Source: Deltaproteobacteria bacterium
GTDB lineage: Bacteria; Myxococcota; UBA727; VGSZ01
Direction: 5' to 3'
Length of the DNA: 64,000 bases
Assembly: GCA_016177705.1 (NCBI GenBank)
Contig: JACOUT010000009.1
Span: 271,519-335,518 of the forward strand
Shown: positions 18,485 to 27,900 of the stretch, piece by piece
Layout of the letters: every line of letters starts with the position of its first letter
Numbering within the stretch: the first letter of the stretch is position 1
Program-made: the position numbers and the translations under genes
The notes under the pieces: model-generated
Told to the model about the DNA's origin: nothing
What the model saw: the letters and a program-made list of their open reading frames with translations, nothing else
Database searches by the model: none

Positions 18485-18952
18485 TCAGTAGCGCACGGCT
18501 ACGACCGGCCCGCCATTCTCCTCGCGCAGGCCGACGGGCGGCGACTCCGCGGGGGCGCCCTCGCGGTCGAGCTTGACCTTGGTCTCCTCGGGCAGCTTCA
18601 TGCCGCCCGCCAGGAACAACACCGGGCCGCCGACCCAGCCGATGCACGGCACGCACAGGAACAGCGCGACGCCGCCGACGGCCGGCAGCATGTCGATCTC
18701 GCTCCTCTTGATGTCGACGTTCTTCGGGCGGTAGCCGGGCGCCGACACCTTGAGCTGCTTCGACTCCCAAAGCCAGCCCTTGTACTCGTAGCTCATCGGC
18801 GTCTTGCCGATCGCCTTGCCCTCTTTCGCGTCCTTCTCGGCCGCCTCGAAGACCTGGGCGCCGGGCGGCTCCGACACGATCTTGGTGGTGGTGGCGCAGC
18901 CGGTACCGACAATGGCGACGAGCACGACGGAGCTGAGGACGAGGCGGATCAT
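18485..18952 (-). CDS. PEGA-like lipoprotein with C-terminal hydrophobic segment
   Basis: Lipobox MIRLVLSSVVLVAIVGTGC. SEPPGAQVFEAAE...GKAIGKTPMSY resembles a PEGA motif. Hydrophobic stretch MLPAVGGVALFLCVPCIGWVGGPVLFLAGG. Confidence 0.5.
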   Translation of the reverse strand: MIRLVLSSVVLVAIVGTGCATTTKIVSEPPGAQVFEAAEKDAKEGKAIGKTPMSYEYKGWLWESKQLKVSAPGYRPKNVDIKRSEIDMLPAVGGVALFLCVPCIGWVGGPVLFLAGGMKLPEETKVKLDREGAPAESPPVGLREENGGPVVAVRY

Positions 18953-19012
18953 GAGAGGGGACCTCCGGGCGCGTCTCTACCGTGAAAGGACTGGGCGCGC
19001 TATGCCGGAGGC

Positions 19013-19669
19013 ATGCTCGATATCGGCGTCGTCTTGCAAGGGCCCACCGAGGACAAGGACTGGCTCAAGAAGTGCGCCCTGATGGGCCTGTTGTCGTGCG
19101 CGCTGTTCTTGGTGCCGCTCGTCGGCGCCATCATCGGCTCGCTCAACCTGATGGGCTGGATGCGCGTTTACGCCGACCGCAGGATGCGCGGCGAGCATCA
19201 GATCCCCGACGCCAACCTCGGCTACCTCGGCCAGGGCTGGGGCATGTTCGTCATGTACCTGCCGCTGGTCGGGCTGCTGCTGCTCGGCATCGGCGCCGTC
19301 GCCGCCGTGGTCGTGGCGGGCGCGCTCTTGAAGATCGAGGCGCTGATCGCCATCGGGCCGCTCGTCGCCATGGCGGTGATGATGCCGGTCAGCCTGTGGC
19401 TCGCGGTCTTCTCGGGCGCCATGCTCTACCTGTTCCTGGTCGACGGCGAGCAGTGGGCCTCGATCAAGTTCGGCGCCCAGTGGCGCTTGGCCATGCGCCT
19501 GGGCACCAGCTACCTGCTGTTTTGGATCGCCCTGCTGCTCGCCGGCGTCATCGCGCAGCTCGGCGTCATCGCCTGCCTGGCCGGCCTCATCGTGACCATG
19601 CCGTACAGCTATTTGATGCAAGCCATCGCCATCGCCGAGCTGGCCAAGGTCGCCCGCGCGAAAGGTTGA
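19013..19669 (+). CDS. Polytopic membrane protein, DUF4013-like, copy 1
   Basis: MLDIGVVLQGPTEDKDWLKKCALMG..., then about 5 TM helices. Paralogous to the next gene. Confidence 0.6.
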   Translation: MLDIGVVLQGPTEDKDWLKKCALMGLLSCALFLVPLVGAIIGSLNLMGWMRVYADRRMRGEHQIPDANLGYLGQGWGMFVMYLPLVGLLLLGIGAVAAVVVAGALLKIEALIAIGPLVAMAVMMPVSLWLAVFSGAMLYLFLVDGEQWASIKFGAQWRLAMRLGTSYLLFWIALLLAGVIAQLGVIACLAGLIVTMPYSYLMQAIAIAELAKVARAKG

Positions 19670-19779
19670 TTCCGCGGCCCGCGCCGCCCCCGGTGTGACG
19701 CCTGCGCTTTCCTGCCCAGGCCGGATCGCGGTATTGCACGCGCTCTTTTGGTGATCACCCACACCCCAAGGGGGATTCG

Positions 19780-20412
19780 ATGGATATCGGTGCAGTCCTC
19801 AAGGCTCCGTTCGAAGATCAGGATTGGCTCAAGAAGTGCCTGCTCATGGGGGTGGTCAACGTCCTCATCTGCTTCACGGTCGTCGGCATCTTCGTCGGCC
19901 TGCCCAACCTGTATGGCTGGGGCGTTGCGTGCGCTCGCAACCGAATCAAGGGCGACAGCCAGATCCCGGAGTTCGGCTTCGGCTACATCGGGCTCGGCTA
20001 CCGCTTGATCCTCTCGATGCTCATCTACGCCGTCATTGCCGTGGTCATCACGCTGGTGGTGGGTGCCATTGGCATGCTGCTCGGCAAGATCGCCGGCGTG
20101 CTGGCGCTGGTGTGGATGCCCGTGCAGCTGGTCGTGGGGCTCGCTATCGCCCTCGTCGGCCTGCCGATGGGCTACCGCTTCGTGGTGCACGACGACATGA
20201 TGGCAGGCATCAAGATCGGCTGGGCCATCAGCTTCATCATGGCGAACCTCGGCACCGTGCTGATGTGCTTCATCACCATCTTCATCTGTGCGCTGATTGC
20301 GGGCGCCATGGGCATCGTGCCCATCGTCGGCGGCATGTTTGGCCTCGCCATCGGCATGGTCTGGTATGGGGCGGCCATCGCGCAGCTCGCCAAGGCGACC
20401 AACAACGCGTGA
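19780..20412 (+). CDS. Polytopic membrane protein, DUF4013-like, copy 2
   Basis: MDIGAVLKAPFEDQDWLKKCLLMG...QIPEFGFGYIGLGY parallels copy 1 (...QIPDANLGYLGQGW). Same TM layout, and both end in ...AELAKV/AQLAKA. Confidence 0.6.
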   Translation: MDIGAVLKAPFEDQDWLKKCLLMGVVNVLICFTVVGIFVGLPNLYGWGVACARNRIKGDSQIPEFGFGYIGLGYRLILSMLIYAVIAVVITLVVGAIGMLLGKIAGVLALVWMPVQLVVGLAIALVGLPMGYRFVVHDDMMAGIKIGWAISFIMANLGTVLMCFITIFICALIAGAMGIVPIVGGMFGLAIGMVWYGAAIAQLAKATNNA

Positions 20413-20416
20413 CCGC

Positions 20417-20438
20417 GGTCGATCCCGCGGGATCGACC
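20417..20438. terminator. 22-nt perfect palindrome ggtcgatcccgcgggatcgacc (with a third GGATCGAC copy at 20443-20450)
   Basis: Starts 5 nt after the stop of the second DUF4013 gene and lies 62 nt upstream of the helicase start. Either a hairpin terminator or an operator. Confidence 0.4.
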
Positions 20439-20499
20439 CGCTGGATCGACGCTGTGAACGTCTGTTCAGCCGGGCCACGTTCGGGCTACAAGCCTGGAC

Positions 20500-22641
20500 G
20501 TGGCCCGCGTCTTTCAGCTCAAGTCCGCCCCGGCGGCGCTGTCGCGCCTCGGCGTCGACTACGCGGCGGCGCTGAACGACGAGCAGCGCGCCGTGGTGCT
20601 GGCGCCGCGTGGCCCGCTGCTGGTGCTCGCGGGCGCCGGCTCGGGCAAGACGCGCGCGCTCACCTACCGGGTGGCGCGCTTCATCGACGAGGGCATCGCG
20701 CCTGAGCGCGTCCTCTTGCTCACCTTCACCAACCGCGCGGCCAGGGCCATGCTCGATCGCGTGGCGGCGCTGGTGGGGCCGGCGAGCCAGCGAGTGATGG
20801 GCGGCACCTTCCACCACGTCGCCAACACCATCCTGCGGGGCCACGCCGAGTCGATCGGCTACGCGCCCAACTTCACCATCCTCGACCGGGAAGACGCACG
20901 CGACCTGATGGACGCGGCGGTGGCGGACGCGCGCATCAACGTCACCAAGGAGCGCTTCCCCAAGGCGGACGTGCTGATCGAGCTCGCCAGCCTGGCCATC
21001 AACACCCAGGTGCCGGCGCGCGAGCTGGTGCTGCGCAGGGCGCCGCGCTTCCTGCACCTGTCCGACCAGCTCATGGCCGTGTGCCAGGCCTTCATCAAGC
21101 GCAAGGTCGAGCGCAACCTGATGGACTTCGACGACCTGCTGATGAACTGGAAGCTGTTGCTCGCCGAGGGCGGGCCGCTCGCCGACAGCATCCGCGGGCG
21201 CTTCGAGGCGGTGCTGGTCGACGAGTATCAGGACACCAACGCCTTGCAGGGGCAGATCGTCGACCTGATGGGGCAGGGGCACAAGAACATCACGGCCGTC
21301 GGTGACGACGCGCAGTGCATCTACGGCTTTCGCGGGGCCGAGGTGAAGAACATGCTCGGTTTCGCCGAGCGCTGGCCGGGCGCGGTGCTGTTGCCGCTGT
21401 CGGTCAACTACCGCTCGACGCCGCAGGTGCTCGAGGTCGCGAACGCCGTGCTGGCGCGCGCGCGCGAGGGCTTCAAGACGCGGCTCGTCGGGGTGCGGCC
21501 CTCCGGTGCGCTGCCGGCGGTGGTGCCGTGCAAGGACGCGCACCAGCAGGCGGAGTTCGTCGCCGAGCGCATCCTGCAGCTGCGCGACGAGGGCGTGTCG
21601 CTGGCGGAGATCGGCGTGCTCTACCGCGCCCATCGCCACGTGCTCGAGCTGCAGGTGGGGCTGACGAGGCGTGGCATCCCCTACGTGGTGCGCAGCGGCC
21701 TGCGCTTCTTCGAGCAGGCGCACATCAAGGACGTGGTCGCGCACCTGAAGCTCCTGTTCAACGCCGACGATGAGCTGTCGTTTCGCCGCGCGGTGCGCCT
21801 GCACGAGGGCATCGGCAACGCCACGTGTGACGCGCTCTGGCGCCGCACCAAGGAGCACGTGGCGCACGGCGAGGACGCCGCGCGCGCCATCGCGCGCCTG
21901 CTCGACGACGAGGAGCTCTCTCAGGGCGCGGTCGGGCGGCGCGCCAAGCCGGGCGTCACCCGCTTCGTGCACACGCTCGGCGCCATGACCAAGCCCGACG
22001 TCAAGGACAAGCCAGGCGAGATGATCCGCGTGCTGCTCGACAGCTTCTACGCCGAGTACCTGGCGCGCTCCGAGCCGAACGCGCGCGAGCGCCAGGAGGA
22101 GATCGAGGAGCTGGCCGACTTCGCCGCCGGCTTCGCGGACCTCGAGGCCTTCCTGTCCGAGCTGATGCTGGTGCAGAGCTTCGCTGCCGAAGAGGTGGTC
22201 GCCGCCGACGAGCCCGACGAGAAGGTGACGCTCTCGTCGGTGCACCAGGCCAAGGGCCTCGAGTGGAGCCGCGTGTTCCTGGTCTGGCTCGCCGACGGCG
22301 CGTTCCCTTCGGACCTGGCGCTCAAGGACGCGGGCGGCGAGGACGAGGAGCGACGCCTGTTCTACGTCGCGGTCACGCGCGCCAAGGACGAGCTGTACCT
22401 GACCCACCCGCTGGTGACGCGCGCGCGCGACCAGTCGATGGTGCTGCACCGACGCTCGCGCTTCGTCGAGGAGCTGCCGGCGCCCGAGCTCGACGCCGCC
22501 GGCGAGGCGAGCGGGCTGTACGAGACTTGGCAGATCGAGGTGGTGCCGGCCGACCCCGCCGCCTTGCCCAAGCCGGACGACGTCGAGCTGCTCGAGGGCC
22601 GTCCTGCAGACGACGTGGGCGACCGGCTGCTGGACGATTGA
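20500..22641 (+). CDS. ATP-dependent DNA helicase, UvrD/PcrA/Rep family (SF1)
   Basis: LNDEQRAVVLAPRGPLLVLAGAGSGKTRALTYRVA (Q motif and motif I), VLVDEYQDTN (motif II), VGDDAQCIYGFRGA, VNYRST, VHQAKGLEWSRVF, LFYVAVTRAKDEL. Confidence 0.9.
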   Translation: MARVFQLKSAPAALSRLGVDYAAALNDEQRAVVLAPRGPLLVLAGAGSGKTRALTYRVARFIDEGIAPERVLLLTFTNRAARAMLDRVAALVGPASQRVMGGTFHHVANTILRGHAESIGYAPNFTILDREDARDLMDAAVADARINVTKERFPKADVLIELASLAINTQVPARELVLRRAPRFLHLSDQLMAVCQAFIKRKVERNLMDFDDLLMNWKLLLAEGGPLADSIRGRFEAVLVDEYQDTNALQGQIVDLMGQGHKNITAVGDDAQCIYGFRGAEVKNMLGFAERWPGAVLLPLSVNYRSTPQVLEVANAVLARAREGFKTRLVGVRPSGALPAVVPCKDAHQQAEFVAERILQLRDEGVSLAEIGVLYRAHRHVLELQVGLTRRGIPYVVRSGLRFFEQAHIKDVVAHLKLLFNADDELSFRRAVRLHEGIGNATCDALWRRTKEHVAHGEDAARAIARLLDDEELSQGAVGRRAKPGVTRFVHTLGAMTKPDVKDKPGEMIRVLLDSFYAEYLARSEPNARERQEEIEELADFAAGFADLEAFLSELMLVQSFAAEEVVAADEPDEKVTLSSVHQAKGLEWSRVFLVWLADGAFPSDLALKDAGGEDEERRLFYVAVTRAKDELYLTHPLVTRARDQSMVLHRRSRFVEELPAPELDAAGEASGLYETWQIEVVPADPAALPKPDDVELLEGRPADDVGDRLLDD

Positions 22642-22998
22642 ATGGCGATGCGCGCCCGCCCCCGCACCTGCCCATGGCAGAACTACCCGACGCACAAGCG
22701 CAACCGGCAGCTGCAGGTGAACGGCGCGCAGCCGATCGTCTACGGCTACTGCCCGCAGGAGAAGGAGTGCGCCTCCTGCGCCGGCACCCTCTACAAGCCG
22801 AACCTGCTGGTGGAGCAGGGGCGCGACTTCCAGTTCGTCGAGTGCCCCTTCTGCCAGCCGGACCAGTACCGGCGGCGCGTCGACCGCTTGAAACCGACGC
22901 TGCGCGTTGGCATGGGTCCGACGTCGACGCCGCTCGACCCGCCGCCGGCCGAGCCGCCGCCCGGCGAGGGCCCTGCGCGCATGCGGCGCAAGCGATGA
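22642..22998 (+). CDS. Small Cys-containing (zinc-ribbon-like) hypothetical protein
   Basis: The ATG immediately follows the helicase TGA. Very high GC3. Cys pairs C43-x2-C46 and C68-x2-C71 (ECASCAG...ECPFCQP). Pro-rich basic tail. Confidence 0.55.
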   Translation: MAMRARPRTCPWQNYPTHKRNRQLQVNGAQPIVYGYCPQEKECASCAGTLYKPNLLVEQGRDFQFVECPFCQPDQYRRRVDRLKPTLRVGMGPTSTPLDPPPAEPPPGEGPARMRRKR

Positions 22999-23008
22999 GG
23001 ACGGTCAC

Positions 23009-23878
23009 GTGGGTGTGGTGAAGGACCGGGTGGTGATAGCAGCGCTCGGTGTCTTGCCGAAGCGCTGGCTGTCGCATTTTGCCGGCGTGCTCATGAGCAC
23101 GCGCCTGCCCAAGCCCCTCGCCGGCGCCGCCGTGCGCGTCTACGGCAAGACCTTCGGCGTCGACTTCGACGAGGTGCGCGATCCGCTCGACTCCTTCACG
23201 TCCGTGCAGGACTTCTTCGTGCGGGCGCTCAAGGAGGGCGCGCGGCCGGTCGACGACGCGACGTCGTCGTTGGTCGCCCCCTGCGACGGCGCCTGGGGGG
23301 CTGCCGGCATCATCGAGCAGGGCCAGGCGCTGCAGGTGAAGGGGCGGCCCTACTCCGTGGCCGCGCTGCTCGACGACGCCGATCTGGCCGCGCGCTTCGA
23401 CGGCGGGCCGTTCGCCACGCTCTACCTTTCGCCACGCGACTACCACCGCCTGCACGCGCCGCTCGCCGGCGAGGTCACCTGGGCCCGCCACGTGCCGGGC
23501 GCGCTGTGGCCGGTCAACAGCGCCGGCATCCGCTTCGTCGATGGCCTGTTCGCCAGGAACGAACGCATCGTCGTTACGCTGCGCCCAGGCGCGGCCACCG
23601 GCGCCCCCAATGGGGCGCTGCTCGCGCTGGTCGCGGTGGGCGCCACCATGGTCGGCAAGGTGCGCCTCGCCTTCGACGATCTGGTGACCAACGACGGCGA
23701 CGACGCGGTGGCGCGCCGCTATGAGCCCCCGCATGCCGTCGCCAAGGGCGCGGAGTGGGGCCGCTTCGAATTCGGCTCGACCGTGGTGCTGCTCGCCACC
23801 CCGGGCTGGCTCCACCTCGAGCCTGCGGAGCCGGGGACCAAGGTGCGTTTGGGCGCCCGCATCGGCGCTGTCGGTTGA
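23009..23878 (+). CDS. psd: Phosphatidylserine decarboxylase proenzyme
   Basis: LSPRDYHRLHAP, WPVN, ARNERIV and the self-cleavage motif FEFGSTVVLL. GTG 23009 has GAGGA upstream; GTG 23015 and 23018 are alternatives. Confidence 0.85.
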   Translation: MGVVKDRVVIAALGVLPKRWLSHFAGVLMSTRLPKPLAGAAVRVYGKTFGVDFDEVRDPLDSFTSVQDFFVRALKEGARPVDDATSSLVAPCDGAWGAAGIIEQGQALQVKGRPYSVAALLDDADLAARFDGGPFATLYLSPRDYHRLHAPLAGEVTWARHVPGALWPVNSAGIRFVDGLFARNERIVVTLRPGAATGAPNGALLALVAVGATMVGKVRLAFDDLVTNDGDDAVARRYEPPHAVAKGAEWGRFEFGSTVVLLATPGWLHLEPAEPGTKVRLGARIGAVG

Positions 23879-23957
23879 CCGTGGCGCACGCCTGCGCGGT
23901 CGTTCGCTTTTCTCCGGCGTCCGGACGTGCTTTGGTGGCGGGGTCGTGCTCCGGCTC

Positions 23958-24365
23958 ATGCCCCTGATCCGCGTCGCCGCCGCCGCCCTCCTGGGGTGCG
24001 TGCTCCTGGCCGGCATGCCCGGTTGCCCGTCCGACGACGACGCCGGCGGCAAGCCCACGCTCGGCGCCGACGGCAGGGAGCGCTGGGTGGTGACGCTCGA
24101 GGGCGAACCACCCGACCTGGCGGAGTACCGCGCGCTGGTGCGCGACAACCCGAAGGCGGCCGCGCCGTACGTCGCCAAGATGCGCGACAACCTGATGAGC
24201 GGCCGGACCGAGCTGGAGGGCTTTTTGACCTCGGTCGACGGGCGGGTGGTCGAGCGCTGGTGGATGTCGAACGCCATCACCGTCGAGGTGCCGGCGGGCG
24301 CGGTCGAGTCGCTGAAGAAGCAAGCCGGCGTCAAGCGGCTCGCGCCCGACGTCACCTTGGAGTGA
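23958..24365 (+). CDS. Lipoprotein consisting of a stand-alone peptidase-inhibitor I9 (subtilase propeptide)-like domain
   Basis: Lipobox MPLIRVAAAALLGCVLLAGMPGC. RWVVTLEGEPPDLAEYRALV...RTELEGFLTSVDGRVVERWWMSNAITVEVPAGAVESLKKQAGVKRLAPDVTLE follows the I9 propeptide pattern. GTG 23946 is an alternative start. Confidence 0.5.
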   Translation: MPLIRVAAAALLGCVLLAGMPGCPSDDDAGGKPTLGADGRERWVVTLEGEPPDLAEYRALVRDNPKAAAPYVAKMRDNLMSGRTELEGFLTSVDGRVVERWWMSNAITVEVPAGAVESLKKQAGVKRLAPDVTLE

Positions 24366-24419
24366 CGGGCGCGCGGAGCCGAGAACGGGCGGGCCGTCGC
24401 GTGCGTGCTACGCTGCGGC

Positions 24420-24923
24420 ATGGCCGAGCATCGCCGCGTCGAGCCCCGCCTGGGCCTGGTCGGTACCGGCATGGCCACCGACGTCGATCGGCTGCAGGAC
24501 ATCGACGCCGAGTACGAGCGGCACGGCCGCGCTTGGCGGGACGCCCCCGAGAAGGGCTTTGGCGCCGTGCTCGAAGAGGCGCCGGCCAGCGGCGAGCTCG
24601 AGCAGGAAGAGCCGCCGGACCCGCGCCGGCGGCCGAAGCGCCCACGGGAGGCACCCACCGAGGCCGAGATGGCGGCGGCGGCGACCGCGGGATCGCCGGC
24701 GGCGCCTGCCGCGACGCCAGCCGCGCCTGCGCCGCCGGCGCCGGGGCCGCGCGTGCCGCCCGACCCGCGCGCCGCACTGCTGCACAAGATGTTGGCGACC
24801 GCCACGAACAAGGGCGCGCCGACGTCGAGAGCAGCGGGCGTCCCCGAGCCCGTGAAGGTCGGCGGCGGGCCGTCGGACACGCCGCCCACCGGTAGCGCCG
24901 GCGACCGGAAGCGCAGGCCATGA
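24420..24923 (+). CDS. Hypothetical Ala/Pro-rich, probably disordered protein
   Basis: ATG 24420; the stop overlaps the next start (ATGA at 24920-24923), suggesting coupling. The N-terminal 60 aa has normal composition (DVDRLQDIDAEYERHGRAWRDAPEKGFGAVLEE); the rest is low complexity. Confidence 0.4.
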   Translation: MAEHRRVEPRLGLVGTGMATDVDRLQDIDAEYERHGRAWRDAPEKGFGAVLEEAPASGELEQEEPPDPRRRPKRPREAPTEAEMAAAATAGSPAAPAATPAAPAPPAPGPRVPPDPRAALLHKMLATATNKGAPTSRAAGVPEPVKVGGGPSDTPPTGSAGDRKRRP

Positions 24924-27900
24924 GCTCGCCGATGCGCGCGCGGGTCGGCACCGTGCTGGTCGCGGCGGCGCTCGCGTCGTGCGTTGGCACGCCGCCGCGC
25001 GTGTTCGAGGCCGGGTTGGTGTCGGACGCCTTCGTCGAGCAGGGTCCCTATCAAGTGCGCGCCACCGCATGGGACGAAGACGGCCTCGGCGAGCGCGACC
25101 TCGTCTGGTCCGTCGACGACGGCGCCGCCGGCATCGTGGCGCTCGCGCTCATGGTCGATGAGCCGACCGCCGTCGGCGTGCGCCTGGGCGCCGCCATCCC
25201 GGGCGCCGCGCTCGGCTCCCACGTGCGCTGGCACCTGCGCGTCTGCGATGTCGGCGGCCTGTGCACGCGCGAGCCCGAGCGCGGCGAGCACGACTTCTGG
25301 GTCGGCCCGCCGACGACGCCCGTGCTCGACACGCTGTCGCCGACCTGGGGCCCGGAGAGCGGCGGCACGCGCGTCGAGATCCGTGGCCACGACTTCCGGC
25401 CCGGCGTCGCCGTCCGCTTCGGCGCTTTTTCCGCGCGCCACGTCGAGCTGTTGCGCAGCGACCTGCTGGCAGCGACCACGCCGCGCGCCGAACCGGCCAC
25501 CGTCGACGTCGTTGTGGAGAACCCGGGCGGCGGCACCGCCGTGCTCGCCGACGCCTTCACCTTCGTCGAGTCACCGCAGCTCGTGACGGTGACGCCCGCG
25601 AGCGGCCCGGAGGCCGGTGGCACCGAGGTGGTGCTCGTCGGCCGCACCTTCGTCGACGGGGTGCGCGTGCTGTTCGACGGTGCGCCATGCCGCGATCTCT
25701 CCCGCGTTGGCGATGACGAGCTGCACTGCACGACGCCGCCGGGGCGCGGCCTCGCCGACGTGGCGGTGGTGCACCAGGAGCGCGGCGAGGGCGTGCTCGA
25801 GGACGCCTTCCGCTACGTGCCGCCGCCGCGCGTCGATGACGTCACCCCCGGTTCCGGCACCAGCGAGGGCGGCACCGACATCGTCATCGTCGGCAGCGGC
25901 TTCGTCGACGGCGTGGTGGTCACGGTGGGCGACGCGCCCTGCCTCGACGTCGAGGTGCAGGACGACACACGCCTGGTGTGCACCACCACGGCCGCCGAGC
26001 CCGGCGTGGTCGACGTCGTAGTGGAGAACCCCGATGGTCAGACCGGCGTCTTGCCGGGCGGCTTCTCCTTCCTCGGGCCGCCGGTGGTGGTGCTGGTGCA
26101 ACCGCGCGAGGTGCCCATCGCGGGTGGCGTCGAGGTGCGCGTGCTCGGCGCCGGCCTGTCGGCGAGCGACCTGGTGCTGTTCGCGGGCGCGCCCGCCGAG
26201 GTGCTCGACGCGGTCGGCGACCGCGAGCTGCGCGTGCTGGCGCCGCCCATCAACGCCGAGCCGTACCCGGCGCCGCCGTCGGGCACCGCCGACGTCGACG
26301 TGACGGTGCGCCGCCAGCAGGCCGGCGACGAGCGTGAGGGCACGCTGGCGCGAGGCATCACCTACTACTGGCCGCCCGAGGTGGAGGCGGTCATCCCCGA
26401 CGAGGGGCCGACCGAGGGCGGCACGGCGGTGGTCGTCACCGGGCGCTTCTTTCGCGTGCCCGAGGGCGGCGCGCTCGCGGTGCGCTTCGACGACGCCGAC
26501 GTGAACGATCTCTCGCTCCTATCCTCGACCGCGATCTCGTGCGTCACGCCACCGGGCGAGGCCGGTCCCGCCGACGTCGCGGTCGAGAACCACCCGCTCT
26601 CGATCGGGGTCGGCCTGGAAGCGTTCTTCTACCTGGCGCCGCCGCGCGTGGACGCGGTGGAACCGCCCGAGGGTCCGACCTTCGGCGGCGAGACGGTAAC
26701 GGTGCGCGGCGCGTACTTCCGCCCGGGCGCGCTCGTGTTCATCGACGGTGCGCCCTGCTCCAACGTCGTCGTCCTCGACCACCAGCAGCTCACCTGCGTG
26801 ACGCCGCCGGGCGAGGAGGGCCCGGCCGACGTGCGCGTGGTCAACCCCGACGGCCAGGAGGACACGGCGCCGGGCATCTACCAATACCTCGGCGTGGCGG
26901 TGACGCCCGACTTCGGCCTGGCGGTCGGCTTCACGCGGGTGCGCGTGCGCTCCGCCGGCATGCAGCCGGGGGCGCGCGTCTGGTTCGGCGCGGCCGAAGC
27001 GTCGTGCAGCTACCTGTCGTCGCGCGAGATGAGCTGCCAGAGCCCGGCCGGCGCGCTCGGGCCGGTGACGGTGCGCTTCGCCAACCCCGACGGCACCGGC
27101 GAGGACGGCGCGGACGCCTTCAGCTACCGTCGCTTCGTCGATCGCACGAGCGGGCGAATGCCGACCACCGGCGACAACAGCAACCACGTCGAGGTGCTCG
27201 ATCTCGACGACGACGGTGACCTCGACGTGGTCACCGCCAGCGGCCGCGTCGGCATCGCGGAGGAGAGCTGGCTGTTCGACAACGACGGCGCCGCGCGCTT
27301 CTCGCGCGTCGCCGTCGGCGTGAACACCACCGCCAACAAGGTCGACACGGGCGACAGCAACGGCGACGGCCGGCCCGATCTCTTGTTCGCCGCCTCGAGC
27401 GGCGTCGGCGCCATCTTGATGGAGAATCAGGGGAGCCTGGTGTTCCGCGAGCGCACGCTGGCGCTCACGCCGTTCAACAGCGCCTTCGAGGCCCAGTTGG
27501 TCGACCTGGTGGGCGACCAGCGCGACGACGTCTTCGTGCACGCCATCGGCTGCGACGTCTTCTTGGACCAGGAGAACAACCCCGACTGCGACAACGACCT
27601 GTACGGCCCCGACGTGCTGCTCGAGCAGACCTCGACCGGATTCAGCGATCGATCGAACCTGGTGCCACACCGGGACGACTGGGTGCACGACCACAAGGTA
27701 GTGGCCACCGATCTCGACGGCGACGGCGACAACGACCTGGTGGCGGTGGTCAACAACGACCCCTACGCCACCGCCGAAAACCGCATCATGAGGAACCGCG
27801 CCGACGAAGGGCTCGGCTTCGTCACCGAGACCCCCGCGGGGCTGCAGGAGCTGATCGGCGACCTCTATGATATCGGCGCCGGCGACCTCGACGGCGACGG

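Noticed and set aside
19780-20412. Visibly lower GC in the second DUF4013 gene, considered as a sign of horizontal acquisition
   Set aside because: The drop is modest and is explained by the Ile/Met/Phe-rich membrane-protein composition. The flanks show no mobility genes or repeats.
19609-22695. 1028-aa minus-strand ORF spanning the DUF4013 genes and the helicase
   Set aside because: It is antisense to genes with clear helicase motifs and crosses intergenic regions. It is a shadow ORF.
22373-25441. 1022-aa minus-strand ORF across the psd / I9-like / IPT region
   Set aside because: The translation is extremely Arg/Ala/Gly/Pro rich. The sense strand carries psd, with its GST cleavage motif, and lipoprotein genes.
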